Below are positions 1 through 11,488 of a stretch of 64,000 nt of DNA, one piece after another. The notes beneath the pieces are model-generated. The model searched no databases. It had not been told where the DNA came from and saw only the letters and a list, made by a program, of their open reading frames with translations. Position numbers and translations under genes: made by a program. The DNA comes from Schizochytrium sp. TIO01 (lineage: Eukaryota > Protista > Bigyra: Labyrinthulomycetes). The stretch is from positions 3,901,648 to 3,965,647 of the forward strand of contig SMSO01000014.1 in NCBI GenBank assembly GCA_004764695.1, in the 5' to 3' direction. Within the stretch, counting starts at the first letter, position 1. The number at the start of each line of letters is the position of its first letter.

Positions 1-1133
1 CTTTGCTTACTGCATTCTTTCCAGCAATTTACAATCACTGATTTATCAAGAAATTATAAACATGATTTATTTACTATTAATCCACCATTCAAGGCAATAT
101 TTCTGAAGGCATCTCTGAGTTTCGTTCGAGTTAAACACCCACGTACTGCCAAAGACATTCTCTGCCTGCATCATCGGCGCCTAGAGTGGTTGTGATTGAA
201 GCAGGGCAGAAACGAACACCCTAATTCACGAATTTTGCAGAGTGTCTAAAGAACATATTATGCCTATAACTAATATTTTTTATCCGTCTCCAATTATTTC
301 GAAAGTGAGCTATTGTTATCTAAGGGTAACACAATCTGCAAACTAATAATATATCTTAAATTAAAACATTAATTGATTTCGCAGTGAATTAGGAGTGTCA
401 CTAAGAATAAGAGTAAGAGTCTCTACGGTACGTGGTTTCTAAAGCAGTCGTCTAGTTGAGGCAGTGAACGCGACGCAATTCCTTTGCAGATAATATGAAT
501 GCCTGGGCATCAGATCTCTTCAAGGTGGACAACGATTAGCCTGCTTTCATCCTGCACATTTGCTATCTTGCGTTGCTGGCAACTGTTGCCGGAGGTCTCA
601 TTCTGCAGCAATCGCGGGCAGCCAGCCATCGTCTCCGGAAGGAGGAGAGTCTATACTACAGGTTATAGGCCTCCAAAGTGAAGAATACGTACTGATACTA
701 TAGGCTAAACGGATGCACAGTCGGCATTATATATTATACCTAAGTAAGGTGATTGATGAAGAACAAACTGCAGTAGGAAGGTGTAGGTAGGCAGGTCTAC
801 CTACTCCTACTATGGAAAGCTCTGCAAGAGCATTAAAAATGCGGCCACCGCACAAGTTCTCTGTTTCTTTATTTGTGATTTCTACTTGTAATTGTAACAT
901 ACAAGGCATGGAGTAGTATTTTTATTATTATGATGAAGAAGTTATGTTAAAAATGTTTTAAAAGAATATATATAGGCATATGTACTATATACTATAAACT
1001 TTAAAGTTATGATTTGATCGCTTTGCTTATGCTTGCACTTGCTCACATCAGGAAAAGTTTGACCAAAGCCACAAGGAGCCGCCAGGTGCCGCAAAGACCT
1101 TCGAGGCTGTATCGAGGGGCAAAAGCATCCACC

Positions 1134-1454
1134 ATGGCATTTCCAGGGCGTTTGGCGCGCCCTGTGGCCAAAATTGCGACAGGACTGCTGCGAAAACCAC
1201 AAGTTTCACAGAGATCTTCCCTGCTCAGGACCACTCAGCAGCAGTCGGGTGTCTTCTCAAAGCAAACATCAACCTCGTTCTGCTTTGAGACTGCAGATAA
1301 TTCTGCAGCCAGAAGGAGGGTGTTTGCAGCAGTGACAGCAGCTCAGAACCAAGTTCTTACGCAAGTATCAGCATCGATGCCTCAATTCAATGTTGGCTCA
1401 CTGAGCATGCTGGAACAACTCATGTGCTCATCGGCCCCTATTAAGGATAGGTAA
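1134..1454 (+). CDS. Small hypothetical protein with a basic, Ser/Arg-rich N-terminus resembling a mitochondrial presequence; possibly spliced at the 3' end
   Basis: ATG at 1134 in CCACCATGG context within the 1014-1454 ORF. N-terminus MAFPGRLARPVAKIATGLLRK lacks acidic residues. The ORF ends at AG|GTAACA, a possible splice donor. No family recognised. Confidence 0.35.
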   Translation: MAFPGRLARPVAKIATGLLRKPQVSQRSSLLRTTQQQSGVFSKQTSTSFCFETADNSAARRRVFAAVTAAQNQVLTQVSASMPQFNVGSLSMLEQLMCSSAPIKDR

Positions 1455-2047
1455 CAGTGAACACAGCCAAATCAAACGAGAGTAGAGTCCCATATGTTCG
1501 TGTTTCCCCCCCTCCATCTGTGGTGCCTCATATGCACAGTTCCAGGCTCAACCGTGCTACAATATGAGTCATTTTAAAAGAGGGTATTCCGCCATTCAAA
1601 AGGTTGGTATCTAGGCTTCTATCGCAGTATATTGAAACAGGATGGAAGCAAAAATCAAGGCTAAGGGACATGTCGCCCTTTCCATCGTAAAAACCTCAAC
1701 TACGTAGACTGCCGAGTTCTCAAGCTAAAAGGTAAAATCCAGCGTCTCGTGCACATAACTTGGATGACTCAAGTTCTGAGTTGCAGTGAGACTCGGCAGC
1801 AACAACTGTGACAGATACACGAATGACAGCTATTTAATAGCCTAACACCTTAGTTCATGTATAATTTCTTTTGCTTCTTTAATTTATTGTGTTACAAAAC
1901 CATTCGTTCAACATTGATAGCTTTTAGGATTTAGTTTTTTAGTTTTCTAAACCTTGACAAGGAGAGCAAAGGTGGTTCTCTTTCCGGCAAGTACTTCCAA
2001 AGTAGCCAGGAAATAGCTTAATTGGGTGCTGTATTTGATCAGGATTT

Positions 2048-2656
2048 TCAACCTGAAATCTTACGTTCGAGGATGTGATCGTCTGTACTGCTCAACGTTT
2101 TCTTCGTTGATCTAGCTGTCCTTACAGACTCTTGCGAGATCTTCTTTTGCACATCATTTTCAAAGCCGATTTTGTGTGGGAAAGCGTCATCTCTGCAAGT
2201 GATGACGATTGTATCCCCACGCGTTAAGCAGTCGAGAATGCGTGCTTTCTTATTTAAAGTCTGAGTTGAATTACCTCGCTTGTGTGCTACTAATCGATAG
2301 GGCGCTGGGCTTGGTTCGCCGCGCGCCATGCTATCATGATGACGAAGTCTTCCATGAGGCTTCTGACGCTCTGCATTGCGTTGGCTTGCTACCTGGATCA
2401 ACCACCCGATAGTTTGCAAACCTTCGCCACAAGCAATTGTCATTGGTTTTGCATCGCAAAATTGCACTTTGAAATGCAGTGCTTCCTCCTTTTCTTCGCT
2501 AGCACTTTTGGCTGGCTGGGCGGCCTTTCGCTGTTTTGAAGAAGATGAATGCTCCCCAAACAAGCCAAATGATAAGCTGTTGGCTAAGTCTTCAGCTGGA
2601 TGCTCGTGAAGACCAGAAACATGCACGTTCACGCCAAGGCTTTCGTCCTCCATCAT
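2048..2656 (-). CDS. Hypothetical protein with a Par3/HAL N-terminal-like (ubiquitin-fold) domain
   Basis: FKVQF..PMTIACGEGLQTIGWLIQVASQR...LNKKARILDCLTRGDTIVI resembles the Par3/histidase N-terminal domain pattern (VPC.DG..TVGWL...A..RY). Start placed at MMEDES (2656); the ORF extends upstream to 2863. Confidence 0.55.
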   Translation of the reverse strand: MMEDESLGVNVHVSGLHEHPAEDLANSLSFGLFGEHSSSSKQRKAAQPAKSASEEKEEALHFKVQFCDAKPMTIACGEGLQTIGWLIQVASQRNAERQKPHGRLRHHDSMARGEPSPAPYRLVAHKRGNSTQTLNKKARILDCLTRGDTIVITCRDDAFPHKIGFENDVQKKISQESVRTARSTKKTLSSTDDHILERKISG

Positions 2657-3814
2657 TGAGGATTTTGGTTGGGAGGATAATCCACGAGAAAGGGGTTTGC
2701 ATGAGTGCTCATAATGCCAAGCAACATGTGTCCCTTCACTTGAGACAGCAAGTAGGGAATTAAAACTTAGAAAATTGACCAGCTTGTCACAGAAGCAGCT
2801 TTCATTCGGTAGAGAAAGTATGTGTATATTATTTAAGAAATCAAGATGGACTGCAGTGACCATCTATCCATAGCAACGCTGTGAGTGGTCCGCTCGTATT
2901 GAAGTGGTGAGAGTTTACCGGATCTCTTCACCTTTTCAACTTTCTTATTGGATTCTGTAAATACTTGGCCATCACTGTTCCTATTGATTGACAACACATG
3001 CATGGACTACCAAGGACGCGGTAGCTGTGGTCTGCGACCAAGCAAGCTGCTGAGTCCACTACCGGGGGACAAACATTCCAATCAGCTTTAATTTTTGTTA
3101 ACTTAAAATGGACCTGCGATTGTTGGACTCCAACAACTCAGGTGCGGTCCCTTTCAAAAGTTATACATAGTTTTTTGATTTTATTTAATTAAAAAAAAAA
3201 GTAAGAGTGAGAGAATGAAGAAAAAGGGTGAAAGACAAAAGAAGGGAAAAGAGACCATAGAATAGTAGAACGGGAACTCTTAGAGTTTCCTTTATCAAAA
3301 GGAAACAGGATTTTGCCGCGCGGGAGAGAACTATTAATGCCAAGTAGAGGCATGGGTGTCAAATTAACCTATCGATCAATCCGATCAATGAACATTTCGC
3401 TTTTTGTTTGAACTCACAACAAAGGATTTGTTTAGTTCGTAGAGCTGAGGAAGGAAGGAGGTGGCGCGTTGCGAAGGCTGGAATGACTAGCAAAGAAACT
3501 GTGTCAACACAGTTCTCGGTTGTATCCCCTTTTAAGCACGCTCTATTTTTATGTGTTGGCGATGACAACATATATTATGCCGACAGTAAAACATCGCAAA
3601 ACAAACATATACCCACTGTTTTTCTATTTTTTCTATTCTATAATTATCTGAACTAGAGAATCGAGGAGAGGAGCGTAACAACGCGAAAAATTCTATTGAT
3701 AATATTAATAATTACAATAGCAACAATAGTACCTACTACAAATCATGTTTTCCATCACCACTATTTGATGTTGAGATATAGCATGAAAACAGTCCAATTC
3801 CGGTCTTCTCATGA

Positions 3815-5050
3815 TCATGATGAGGTAGCAACTGCATTTGTAGATGATGTGGGGAATTCTCTTCGAATCCGCCAATCCAAAAGCGAAGCAACATCGTGCT
3901 GTACCATACGCATCAACGCAGATTTGCGAGCATTGCGCATTGCTAAACCAAGTAAGACACGAGCGTCATCCATAATGCGATTTTCTTTCGATTGATGCTT
4001 ACAGACAAGCTCAAAATTTTGCTCAAAATAACGCACCGCTTCCTCATGGCTACCAGCTTCGGAATGCACTAAACCAAGGCTACGGCAAGCAGATGCTTCC
4101 ATAACTGGGTTATAGGTCTGCTGTGCAATTCCCAAACTCTGCTCTAGATATTCAATAGCCTTTTGAGTTTTCCCTTGCATTTGCAAATAAGCTTCTGCTA
4201 GAAGTTCACACACGAGTCCTTTACTAGCAAGGTTATTTGATTTATCAAAATAGTCAAAGCTTTGTGAAAGAGCAACAATAGCGCGTTCCGGTTTGCCAAG
4301 TACATTAAAGGCTCGCCCAAGGCGTGAATTAGCTTGAGCTTTGGCGGAGGCGTTCTTCTCTTCAGATGCAATTCGCACAACACGCTCTAGATAATCAACA
4401 ATGACGTCTTGATCCTTTGGACTACTTGTTGGCATTGCTTCGAGTTCTTGCGCACGCTTATCATACACGATGGCCAGCTGCTGGCGGCCCTTCAAGGTAC
4501 TTGCGCTGTCATCATTCTGGGTTGAGAGCTCCACAAAGCGTTCCAGATGCTCAATTGACTGTGCCGTCATGCCGGACAATCGCTGCAGCGTAATCCCGAG
4601 AAGATATCGTGCCTCCTTTTCGCCCGTCACATCGTCTACGAGCTGAGAAATTTTGAGACATTTCTCATAAAAAATGGTACCGGTTTGGTAATCGCCCTTT
4701 TTGCAAAACGCGCTAGCGAGGTCCCGGTAATTGTCAAAAACAACGGTTGGAGCGCCTCCGCGGCGAGCCTTTTCTGCCTGGGTAAGTTTCTCTTGAATGA
4801 AGCGCAACTCGATTGGGACCGACTCTTCACCCTTTCCTTCAATAATGGATGACGTCTGCGGCGAAGGCCCCGCTTTATCTTCATTAGCTTTGTCATCCTT
4901 GTGCTGGAGGTAGAAAAAGTCCACAAAGGACTGTACGAAGCCTCCTGTCAAAATTTCCACACAGTATGCGAGCTCCTCTGGTTCTTTGCTTGCACCTGCG
5001 GTCGCGCTGCCAAAGTCCGGGTTTGCTGTCGATGTCGCTAGTGCACTCAT
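3815..5050 (-). CDS. TTC29: Tetratricopeptide repeat protein 29 (axonemal TPR protein)
   Basis: N-terminal CVEILTGGFVQSFVDFFYL block, LTQAEKARRGG..VFDNYRDLA, several TPRs and C-terminal ARVLLGLA...LLDWR match the TTC29 family. First ATG at 5050. Confidence 0.8.
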   Translation of the reverse strand: MSALATSTANPDFGSATAGASKEPEELAYCVEILTGGFVQSFVDFFYLQHKDDKANEDKAGPSPQTSSIIEGKGEESVPIELRFIQEKLTQAEKARRGGAPTVVFDNYRDLASAFCKKGDYQTGTIFYEKCLKISQLVDDVTGEKEARYLLGITLQRLSGMTAQSIEHLERFVELSTQNDDSASTLKGRQQLAIVYDKRAQELEAMPTSSPKDQDVIVDYLERVVRIASEEKNASAKAQANSRLGRAFNVLGKPERAIVALSQSFDYFDKSNNLASKGLVCELLAEAYLQMQGKTQKAIEYLEQSLGIAQQTYNPVMEASACRSLGLVHSEAGSHEEAVRYFEQNFELVCKHQSKENRIMDDARVLLGLAMRNARKSALMRMVQHDVASLLDWRIRREFPTSSTNAVATSS

Positions 5051-5751
5051 GGTAAGCTTTGTCAAGAGTCAGCTCGTTGACAGCCCTTTCTGCCTGCCAA
5101 CTAGTGAACAAGCCTCTGTTTGGTGCAATGCGTCTGGTTCTTTAAACACTCGTACTTTTGTTTCAGGTTGATGCCATATGCTTGCCGGGGCGCTGAAGAC
5201 ATGACAAAATCAAGGCTCTATGATGTTCTCTTCGCACACCTTCGCACACCTAGGTACGTTTGCGAACTTAAAAAAAAGAGGGGGGAGAAATATTATATGT
5301 AGCATACAGGAGGAATCCGTTGGGTTCACCGTCGTTTGGGTAACCAAACTAATCTACATAGTTTCGGAATGACAAAAAGGTGAGTATTGTTGATGCCAAT
5401 TCAAGATACACCACCTCTTGTCGAGGAATCTTCCTCTATGGTGCTCAAAATGTTTTTTGTTGAGAGAAGCTTTAACTGGCTTGTGTTGAGTGCATTCCTC
5501 CTGTTTGAAACTACTAATAGTCTTACAATTTTATTTTTGCGTCGTTACTATTTGAGTACACTGTGTTCACAACTGTCCGGACCCATACAGGGAAACAGGT
5601 TTTTTTTAAGACCTGCAAAGTTAAGGAGTTACCAAAGTGTCTCCAGACCTATGTGAGAAGTTCCAATGAAAAAGAGAGATGATCCTCTGACATTTATGAG
5701 ATTAAACAAGGCATATCACAGAGGTGCCGTAACGTGCGTAGCGTATGCAGC

Positions 5752-7734
5752 ATGCGCAGCATGCGCAGCGCTGCTGTCACGCCTGATGCACCCCACGAGG
5801 ACTGCATTAATATTATTCCTGAATTGCACGCAGAGAAAAGGTCGTCCTCATCATCTTTGCAGGTGTTCAACACAATCATAAATGCGGCGCCGCAGCAGAG
5901 CAACACAATAAAGGACGCTCAAAGCAGCCAGCACATGGAGAGCTTGAGGAGTCCTGGAATACACAAAGGTACTTCTCAAGAAATTGGCTCACAGGCTCTG
6001 AGCCATCCACCTCAACGACCATCAAGTAGCTACATTCCCTCGAGCCATGGATACACCACACGCAGAGCATATATTCGGTATCTAATGCCTCAATTTGAGC
6101 CTATTATAGTCGACGAGTCTCGGGTTCTGGCTAGGGTTTTGCATCTCCAAATCGCAACACAGTACTATCGCCCGAACGTGATCTTGAGAAGCTCATTGAT
6201 ATTTATATCGCTTGTCCTGTACGCAGTGGCATTTGTTTATCAGCTGGAGCATATTGCAATCATTTCACTGTGCCTCATATTTGGAACACTATTTCAAATT
6301 TTGTTGGGATTAAGACTTGATGTACTCGACCTTATGATCCATTCCTTTTATTCAATCTTCATGGTCTTCAACTTGATGGCATTCTGGGTATGTTTGTTGT
6401 ATGTTTTCCAAGCCTCTGTTACTTGGTTGATCAGCTTATCATTATTCTTTCTCGGAGCACTTGCGCCACTTGTTGATGCTCTCCCAATGTTGCGGAGAAA
6501 ACGCATCGCAAGACACTATTTCTTTTTAGCAACACTGTACATGTTTTTATGTGTTGCCTCGGCAGGAGAAATGCTTCCTATTGAGGAAGGCCAAAAAAGT
6601 GTATTAGGTATCACATCTGATATACGTAACGAAATGATGATATATGCTGGAAATGGTGCTGTCTTCCTTTATTCGTATGCTTTCATGGTATTGCGAAAAC
6701 CCGCACATCTGCACATGGTTCATGCAAATATGCGATCTATAAAATCTCGTGTGGACGATCTCCACCGCCTCCGGTCACACTTGAAGATCCTGTTTCCTCG
6801 ACTGAAGCAGCGTCAAGGTGATGTTGTTAATCATGACGAAACCTTAGACTCAATGGTATTAGTGTTGTACTCACCAATGCTGCCATTTTCTGTGGTTTCA
6901 CGCGATACGATTATGAAGAATGTTTGTGGGGGATATTTAAGTAAGATTGCATTTGGTGTTCATAAATATGTACCAATGCTTCCTGTTGTAGGGTCTCTTA
7001 TGGTTATTGTTTGTCATACCTTAGTTATGTGTGTCTTGCAAGGCCGCATAAACGACGATTTGCTCCCGTTCGTAACTTTTTGTATCATTCTGTGTAACAT
7101 GTTTCTCCTATTCTTTGTTTTTGGGTTATGCAGTCGCAACGTGCTCAGCCGCATGATACATCAATTTGAACCTGTCCTTTTGATGGGCTTGCTCATTTGC
7201 CTCACAATTATATCATGTTGGCTATTCCCTTTAAAATATTGTCTTGTGATGCTTTTTAACATGCCTTCATTGTTTACAGGTATTTGTTCAGATGCTTTAC
7301 CATCCTTTGCTTCCAAAGGACTACGTCGAAGCGCGGCAATTGTTGTAAGCCTTTACTATTTGTGTGGATTACATTATGGTATCCACTCAGAACGATTTGT
7401 TTTTAGACCGGATACTTCGTCCCAAACTCTTCTTGTTATTAACTTCGGGGGTGACTCACTAATTATCAGTTCTTCAGAAGTAAGTGGTGGTATATTGTGG
7501 ACTATCATAATCTTTCATATTAAATACCTTTATCATTCTTACGCAAGGCCAAATTGCTGTGTACTTTTGCGAGGTTCGCTAGCTTATGCAAGAATGACCA
7601 TGCAGGAGTACGAAGCTTTGCGAGCTGTTTACAATCGCCTTGTGTTAAATTTAGACTTGGCTGCGAAAGAAGCAACCCAGATTCTAGATGATGCAATTCG
7701 ATCCAACGGCGAGAATTTCTCTACTGCAGACTGA
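5752..7734 (+). CDS. Uncharacterised multi-pass membrane protein with two internally repeated TM modules
   Basis: About 660-aa ORF with a disordered N-terminus followed by two hydrophobic blocks, each containing a DALP motif and a terminal (K/R)P motif. First ATG at 5752. Confidence 0.8.
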   Translation: MRSMRSAAVTPDAPHEDCINIIPELHAEKRSSSSSLQVFNTIINAAPQQSNTIKDAQSSQHMESLRSPGIHKGTSQEIGSQALSHPPQRPSSSYIPSSHGYTTRRAYIRYLMPQFEPIIVDESRVLARVLHLQIATQYYRPNVILRSSLIFISLVLYAVAFVYQLEHIAIISLCLIFGTLFQILLGLRLDVLDLMIHSFYSIFMVFNLMAFWVCLLYVFQASVTWLISLSLFFLGALAPLVDALPMLRRKRIARHYFFLATLYMFLCVASAGEMLPIEEGQKSVLGITSDIRNEMMIYAGNGAVFLYSYAFMVLRKPAHLHMVHANMRSIKSRVDDLHRLRSHLKILFPRLKQRQGDVVNHDETLDSMVLVLYSPMLPFSVVSRDTIMKNVCGGYLSKIAFGVHKYVPMLPVVGSLMVIVCHTLVMCVLQGRINDDLLPFVTFCIILCNMFLLFFVFGLCSRNVLSRMIHQFEPVLLMGLLICLTIISCWLFPLKYCLVMLFNMPSLFTGICSDALPSFASKGLRRSAAIVVSLYYLCGLHYGIHSERFVFRPDTSSQTLLVINFGGDSLIISSSEVSGGILWTIIIFHIKYLYHSYARPNCCVLLRGSLAYARMTMQEYEALRAVYNRLVLNLDLAAKEATQILDDAIRSNGENFSTAD

Positions 7735-9131
7735 AGGCTTACAAGTAATACTCAAAGATATATAAGGCCAATATTAAATTCTAATTCTTAATTTTTAAAA
7801 AATAATAGTAGGGCGCCTGCGAGAGATTTCTTTTGTTTATTATTAATAATAAAAAACTAAACATCATGATTACTGTTTTAAAATGTTAGTTAAATTAAAA
7901 TTACCAATTCAGAGTTTTTTTTTGTTTTTTTTGTTTTTTTCAAATTAATGTTCATAATTTTAATTAAAAAAATATAGAGCAGGCCTATATAAGAGAAGGC
8001 CCTATATGGAAGCAGGTGGATGATAACAATACCAACCCCGAATTTCCATTAAGATTTCGTGGTTCTCACGCAGTTTTCTTCTTCTTAACCCTTGCTATCT
8101 CCACCACGATTAAGTTATTTAATACTCAATATGCTAAATAATACGAGTCAGGCGCTAGCATAGTGCTTACCATTATCCCTATGTAACCCTTAATTAGGCA
8201 GTGTAAGTACTTCTGTAGGTAAGATGTCCGTGTCCATCCATTTGCTTTAGCCACTCCATCTTGAAGAGAACAGATCGCACGTCCAAGCAAACACCAAACC
8301 ATTGACCATCGTCAGGTCGAGTTTGATCTAAGGTTGGTCGCTCAACGATGTCGTGAGACGCAGTTGCAAGCTCTCTGGCAAGCTGTAAGAATGCAGCAGC
8401 TATTTGTTTAGTCAAGCAGAGAAACGAACCCTTGAAGACGGCGCTCAGCGCTGTTGTCAAGGGGCAAGGGAAGGCACGCGGTTGATATTTTAGTATACGA
8501 CTACGTTGAATACCAGATGCCTTTTCCGCTAATGCTCAACCTGGTGCGAGTAGCGCTAAGCGCTTGCTAAATGCACAATGCTTATATGCAAAGTAAGAGG
8601 AATCCGAAAAGCAAAAGCAAAGTAGTTGAGTAAAATGCACGATATTATACGGTCGAATGCCTAAGCCGCTGATAAGTAAGTGACATTGAAGATTCTTGAA
8701 ACTCTGGGGAGAGGATGCGAAAGGCTCTATTGCTCTGCTTTGTGTTTTTGTTGTTGCCTTTAAATGGTCCATGATGCTATGAATAAACAAGTTATCCCTG
8801 TCTGAGCAAATTCTCGTGCGGAGGAAATACACACTGAAAATTCTGAGACTGTTTGTAAGGACACAACGAATTCGAAAGCATGACGCTTTAAGCCTTGGTA
8901 TCTTTATGTTTTGTTTCTTTTTTATCAACATTTCATCCTAACCCTTTAATCTGAAACTATAGATTTCAATCAACAGTTGCAGACAGTGGCTGAGCAAAGA
9001 TAGCCTCGATAGACTTCCATACGTTTTTAATGTTTTAGAGGTTGTCTCTCGCTGTTTATAAGCGTGGTTTCTCATTATTATTCTTAAGGGTTAATCTTGA
9101 TTTTTTTTTTTTAAATAAATGTAATAGCAAT

Positions 9132-10427
9132 TCATAATGCAGCGAGTGGAGGGAGACGAACTTTTGCAAATATCGCAAGAGATGCGCAAGCGTCAATTGT
9201 CACCTCTGGTAAAAAGGTGGACATGATTTCTGCTCCGTGTGGGGTAGCCATCAGTTGTTTGCATGTAGCTCGAACGTTCGCGCGCAGTAGACGACGGAAA
9301 AATAAGAGTGCCTCGTCTCGTAAGGGATCGAGCTCATTAACATGCATTGCGACGCGTGGAAACTGTCGAAGGTCTTCTTCAGATGCAAAAGCCGGCCATG
9401 CAAGAGCATCCTTTCGACGATAGGCCTCGATTCCGTATTCGAGTGCGGCAGTCTCGTTCGTTGGTAGCGTGAGAAATATGGAGTTGTTCACTTCGTCAAG
9501 ATGACTTGTGCCAAGGATGCCAGAGTTCTTCTCATCTTGCGACCAATTGCCAGCAATGTATGGGCAAATTGGGTAGATTCCGTGAGCTATAAGCTCCCTT
9601 TGGCCTTCACGGATGCACTTTATCGTAAGACTCAATGTGAGGTTTCCTCCGCCACTCTCACCAGCAACAACAATTCGATCATCAATGTTGAGTTTGGACT
9701 TGTTTGCATGAACCCACTTTAAAGTGGAGAAACAATCATTCAATCCAGCAGGAAACGGGGCAGTTTCTGGGTTATGAGCAGTTGGGACAGTCGAATTGCG
9801 GAATTCAGGAGCCACGACTACAACGCCTTGTTTGGCCAAGACTCTTAAGAAAGCCTGGTACTCTGGTTGCATGATGCTACCGATAGCCATGCCACCACCA
9901 TGGATATACATGACACATGGAAGTGGCCCTTGTTGTTTTTCTGGTCTGACGATGCATACTGGTACAGAGTTGCCATCGGGAGCAGAAGTAATTTTTTCAA
10001 CGCTGATTTCAAGCCCGTCTGGGCTGCTAAGTTCCTTCACCTCTGCTGGGACCCCCACGGCAGGCTCATTACCCATGACCTTGATAACCTTGGGTATATT
10101 TTCCTCTAAGCGATACTTAATCAACTCGTCGCGACTCGCAAAGTCCTTGTCCGAGGATAGCATGATGGACGCACTCAAGATAATGCCGCGCATTGCATTT
10201 TGTTTGTATCCAAAGTGCATTTCAGGGTGATCCCGAAATCTTGTCCATTTCTGGGCTAGCTTCGCATCTACCGTGGTGTTTTCATCCTGCTCCACCATTT
10301 CAATCCTGCTCCTTGGCTTGCTGTACGAAAATGATCTTTCTTCTTCTGCGCAACGTTTGTGACTTTTGACACCCAGTTGTTGCTTTCGGGTTTCGGGTTT
10401 AAAGTCCAAGTCAGAAGATGACCCCAT
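9132..10427 (-). CDS. Alpha/beta hydrolase, HSL family (brefeldin A esterase-like carboxylesterase), copy 1
   Basis: HGGG oxyanion motif, PFPAGLNDC, GESGG nucleophile elbow, VNELDPLRDE acid motif and PHGAE His. Alignment with the paralog suggests the true start may be MVEQDEN (10298). Confidence 0.92.
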   Translation of the reverse strand: MGSSSDLDFKPETRKQQLGVKSHKRCAEEERSFSYSKPRSRIEMVEQDENTTVDAKLAQKWTRFRDHPEMHFGYKQNAMRGIILSASIMLSSDKDFASRDELIKYRLEENIPKVIKVMGNEPAVGVPAEVKELSSPDGLEISVEKITSAPDGNSVPVCIVRPEKQQGPLPCVMYIHGGGMAIGSIMQPEYQAFLRVLAKQGVVVVAPEFRNSTVPTAHNPETAPFPAGLNDCFSTLKWVHANKSKLNIDDRIVVAGESGGGNLTLSLTIKCIREGQRELIAHGIYPICPYIAGNWSQDEKNSGILGTSHLDEVNNSIFLTLPTNETAALEYGIEAYRRKDALAWPAFASEEDLRQFPRVAMHVNELDPLRDEALLFFRRLLRANVRATCKQLMATPHGAEIMSTFLPEVTIDACASLAIFAKVRLPPLAAL

Positions 10428-11488
10428 CAGCTAGCGACCCGTGCCTAGCCAGAACTGCTAAGGGTAGTACGACCTGAGTCCGCCAGATTCTCCCCTAGTC
10501 TCTAGCTAGCTAGCTAGAAACAGTTTCTAGCACCCATTTACTTCGCAGAGAGTCACTCCTACAGCAATAGCTACATACCCACCGTCGAAGGCAACGACTA
10601 GCACACCTGATTCCTCTCAGATCAAGTTGATCAGAAACTTCAGCAAACCAAAGCTGTAATTCCATGAATACCTGGTGGTAGTAGTAGTAGTATGCTAGTC
10701 TTTTTATCGCTGCTCAGCAGCTTGCTGGGTCAAATCTTGATCCTGCGTACCTACTGTAGGCTAGCCTAAAGGCTAACTTTTCCTAATTCTTATACTACTA
10801 GATAGAGTAGAGTAGAGTTAAAATATATATATATGGAAAGGCCGGTCTATCGGTGTTGTTTTAAGTACTTCTTCCACTTGAAGAAAAAGACAGCAAGGAA
10901 GAAAAAAGGTTTTCCAGTCATGCTCAGCGATTCTCAATTACCATGTAGAACTTATTTTCTCTTTACATTCAAGACGTCAGCAGAAGGAAAAAATCATATT
11001 GATAGAAACTTGGAGCTTTCTCCAGTAAGCTAAACAAACTCATAAAGGATAGCATATTGGTCAACTCAACTCCCATGAGCAGTGGCCACTGCAATCAGTC
11101 TTCTTGATAATGCTGAGAATATTTCATGGCGCGATAAAAGCTGTTGCAAGAACTGCTGGGTGCAAGATTTAATTAAAGTTCTATTTTATAATTGGAGAGG
11201 GCAAGGATTGCTGGGTGAAAAATCTTGATTGAGCCAATTGTCTCAACTTCTCTGTGCAGAAAATGATGAGTTTAGAGTTATTTGGAGATGCCCCAAGATC
11301 CGGAAATATATAAAGCAAAACGACATCAAAGTGAAGACTATGACGGCAAGAACAGTTTTGGAAGACCGAACGGAAGGTAATGTAGAAGTTTAAAAGCTCG
11401 AAATGGGTCAAGAGAGCGTGTCTTACAACGAAGTATCTTTCAGAGAATGGCCTTATTGATTGATAATTTAATCTTATGCGTGCTTCGT

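Noticed and set aside
10495-10530. (CTAG)n palindrome and adjacent small hairpin
   Set aside because: A simple self-complementary repeat; CTAG runs recur across this window's intergenic DNA.
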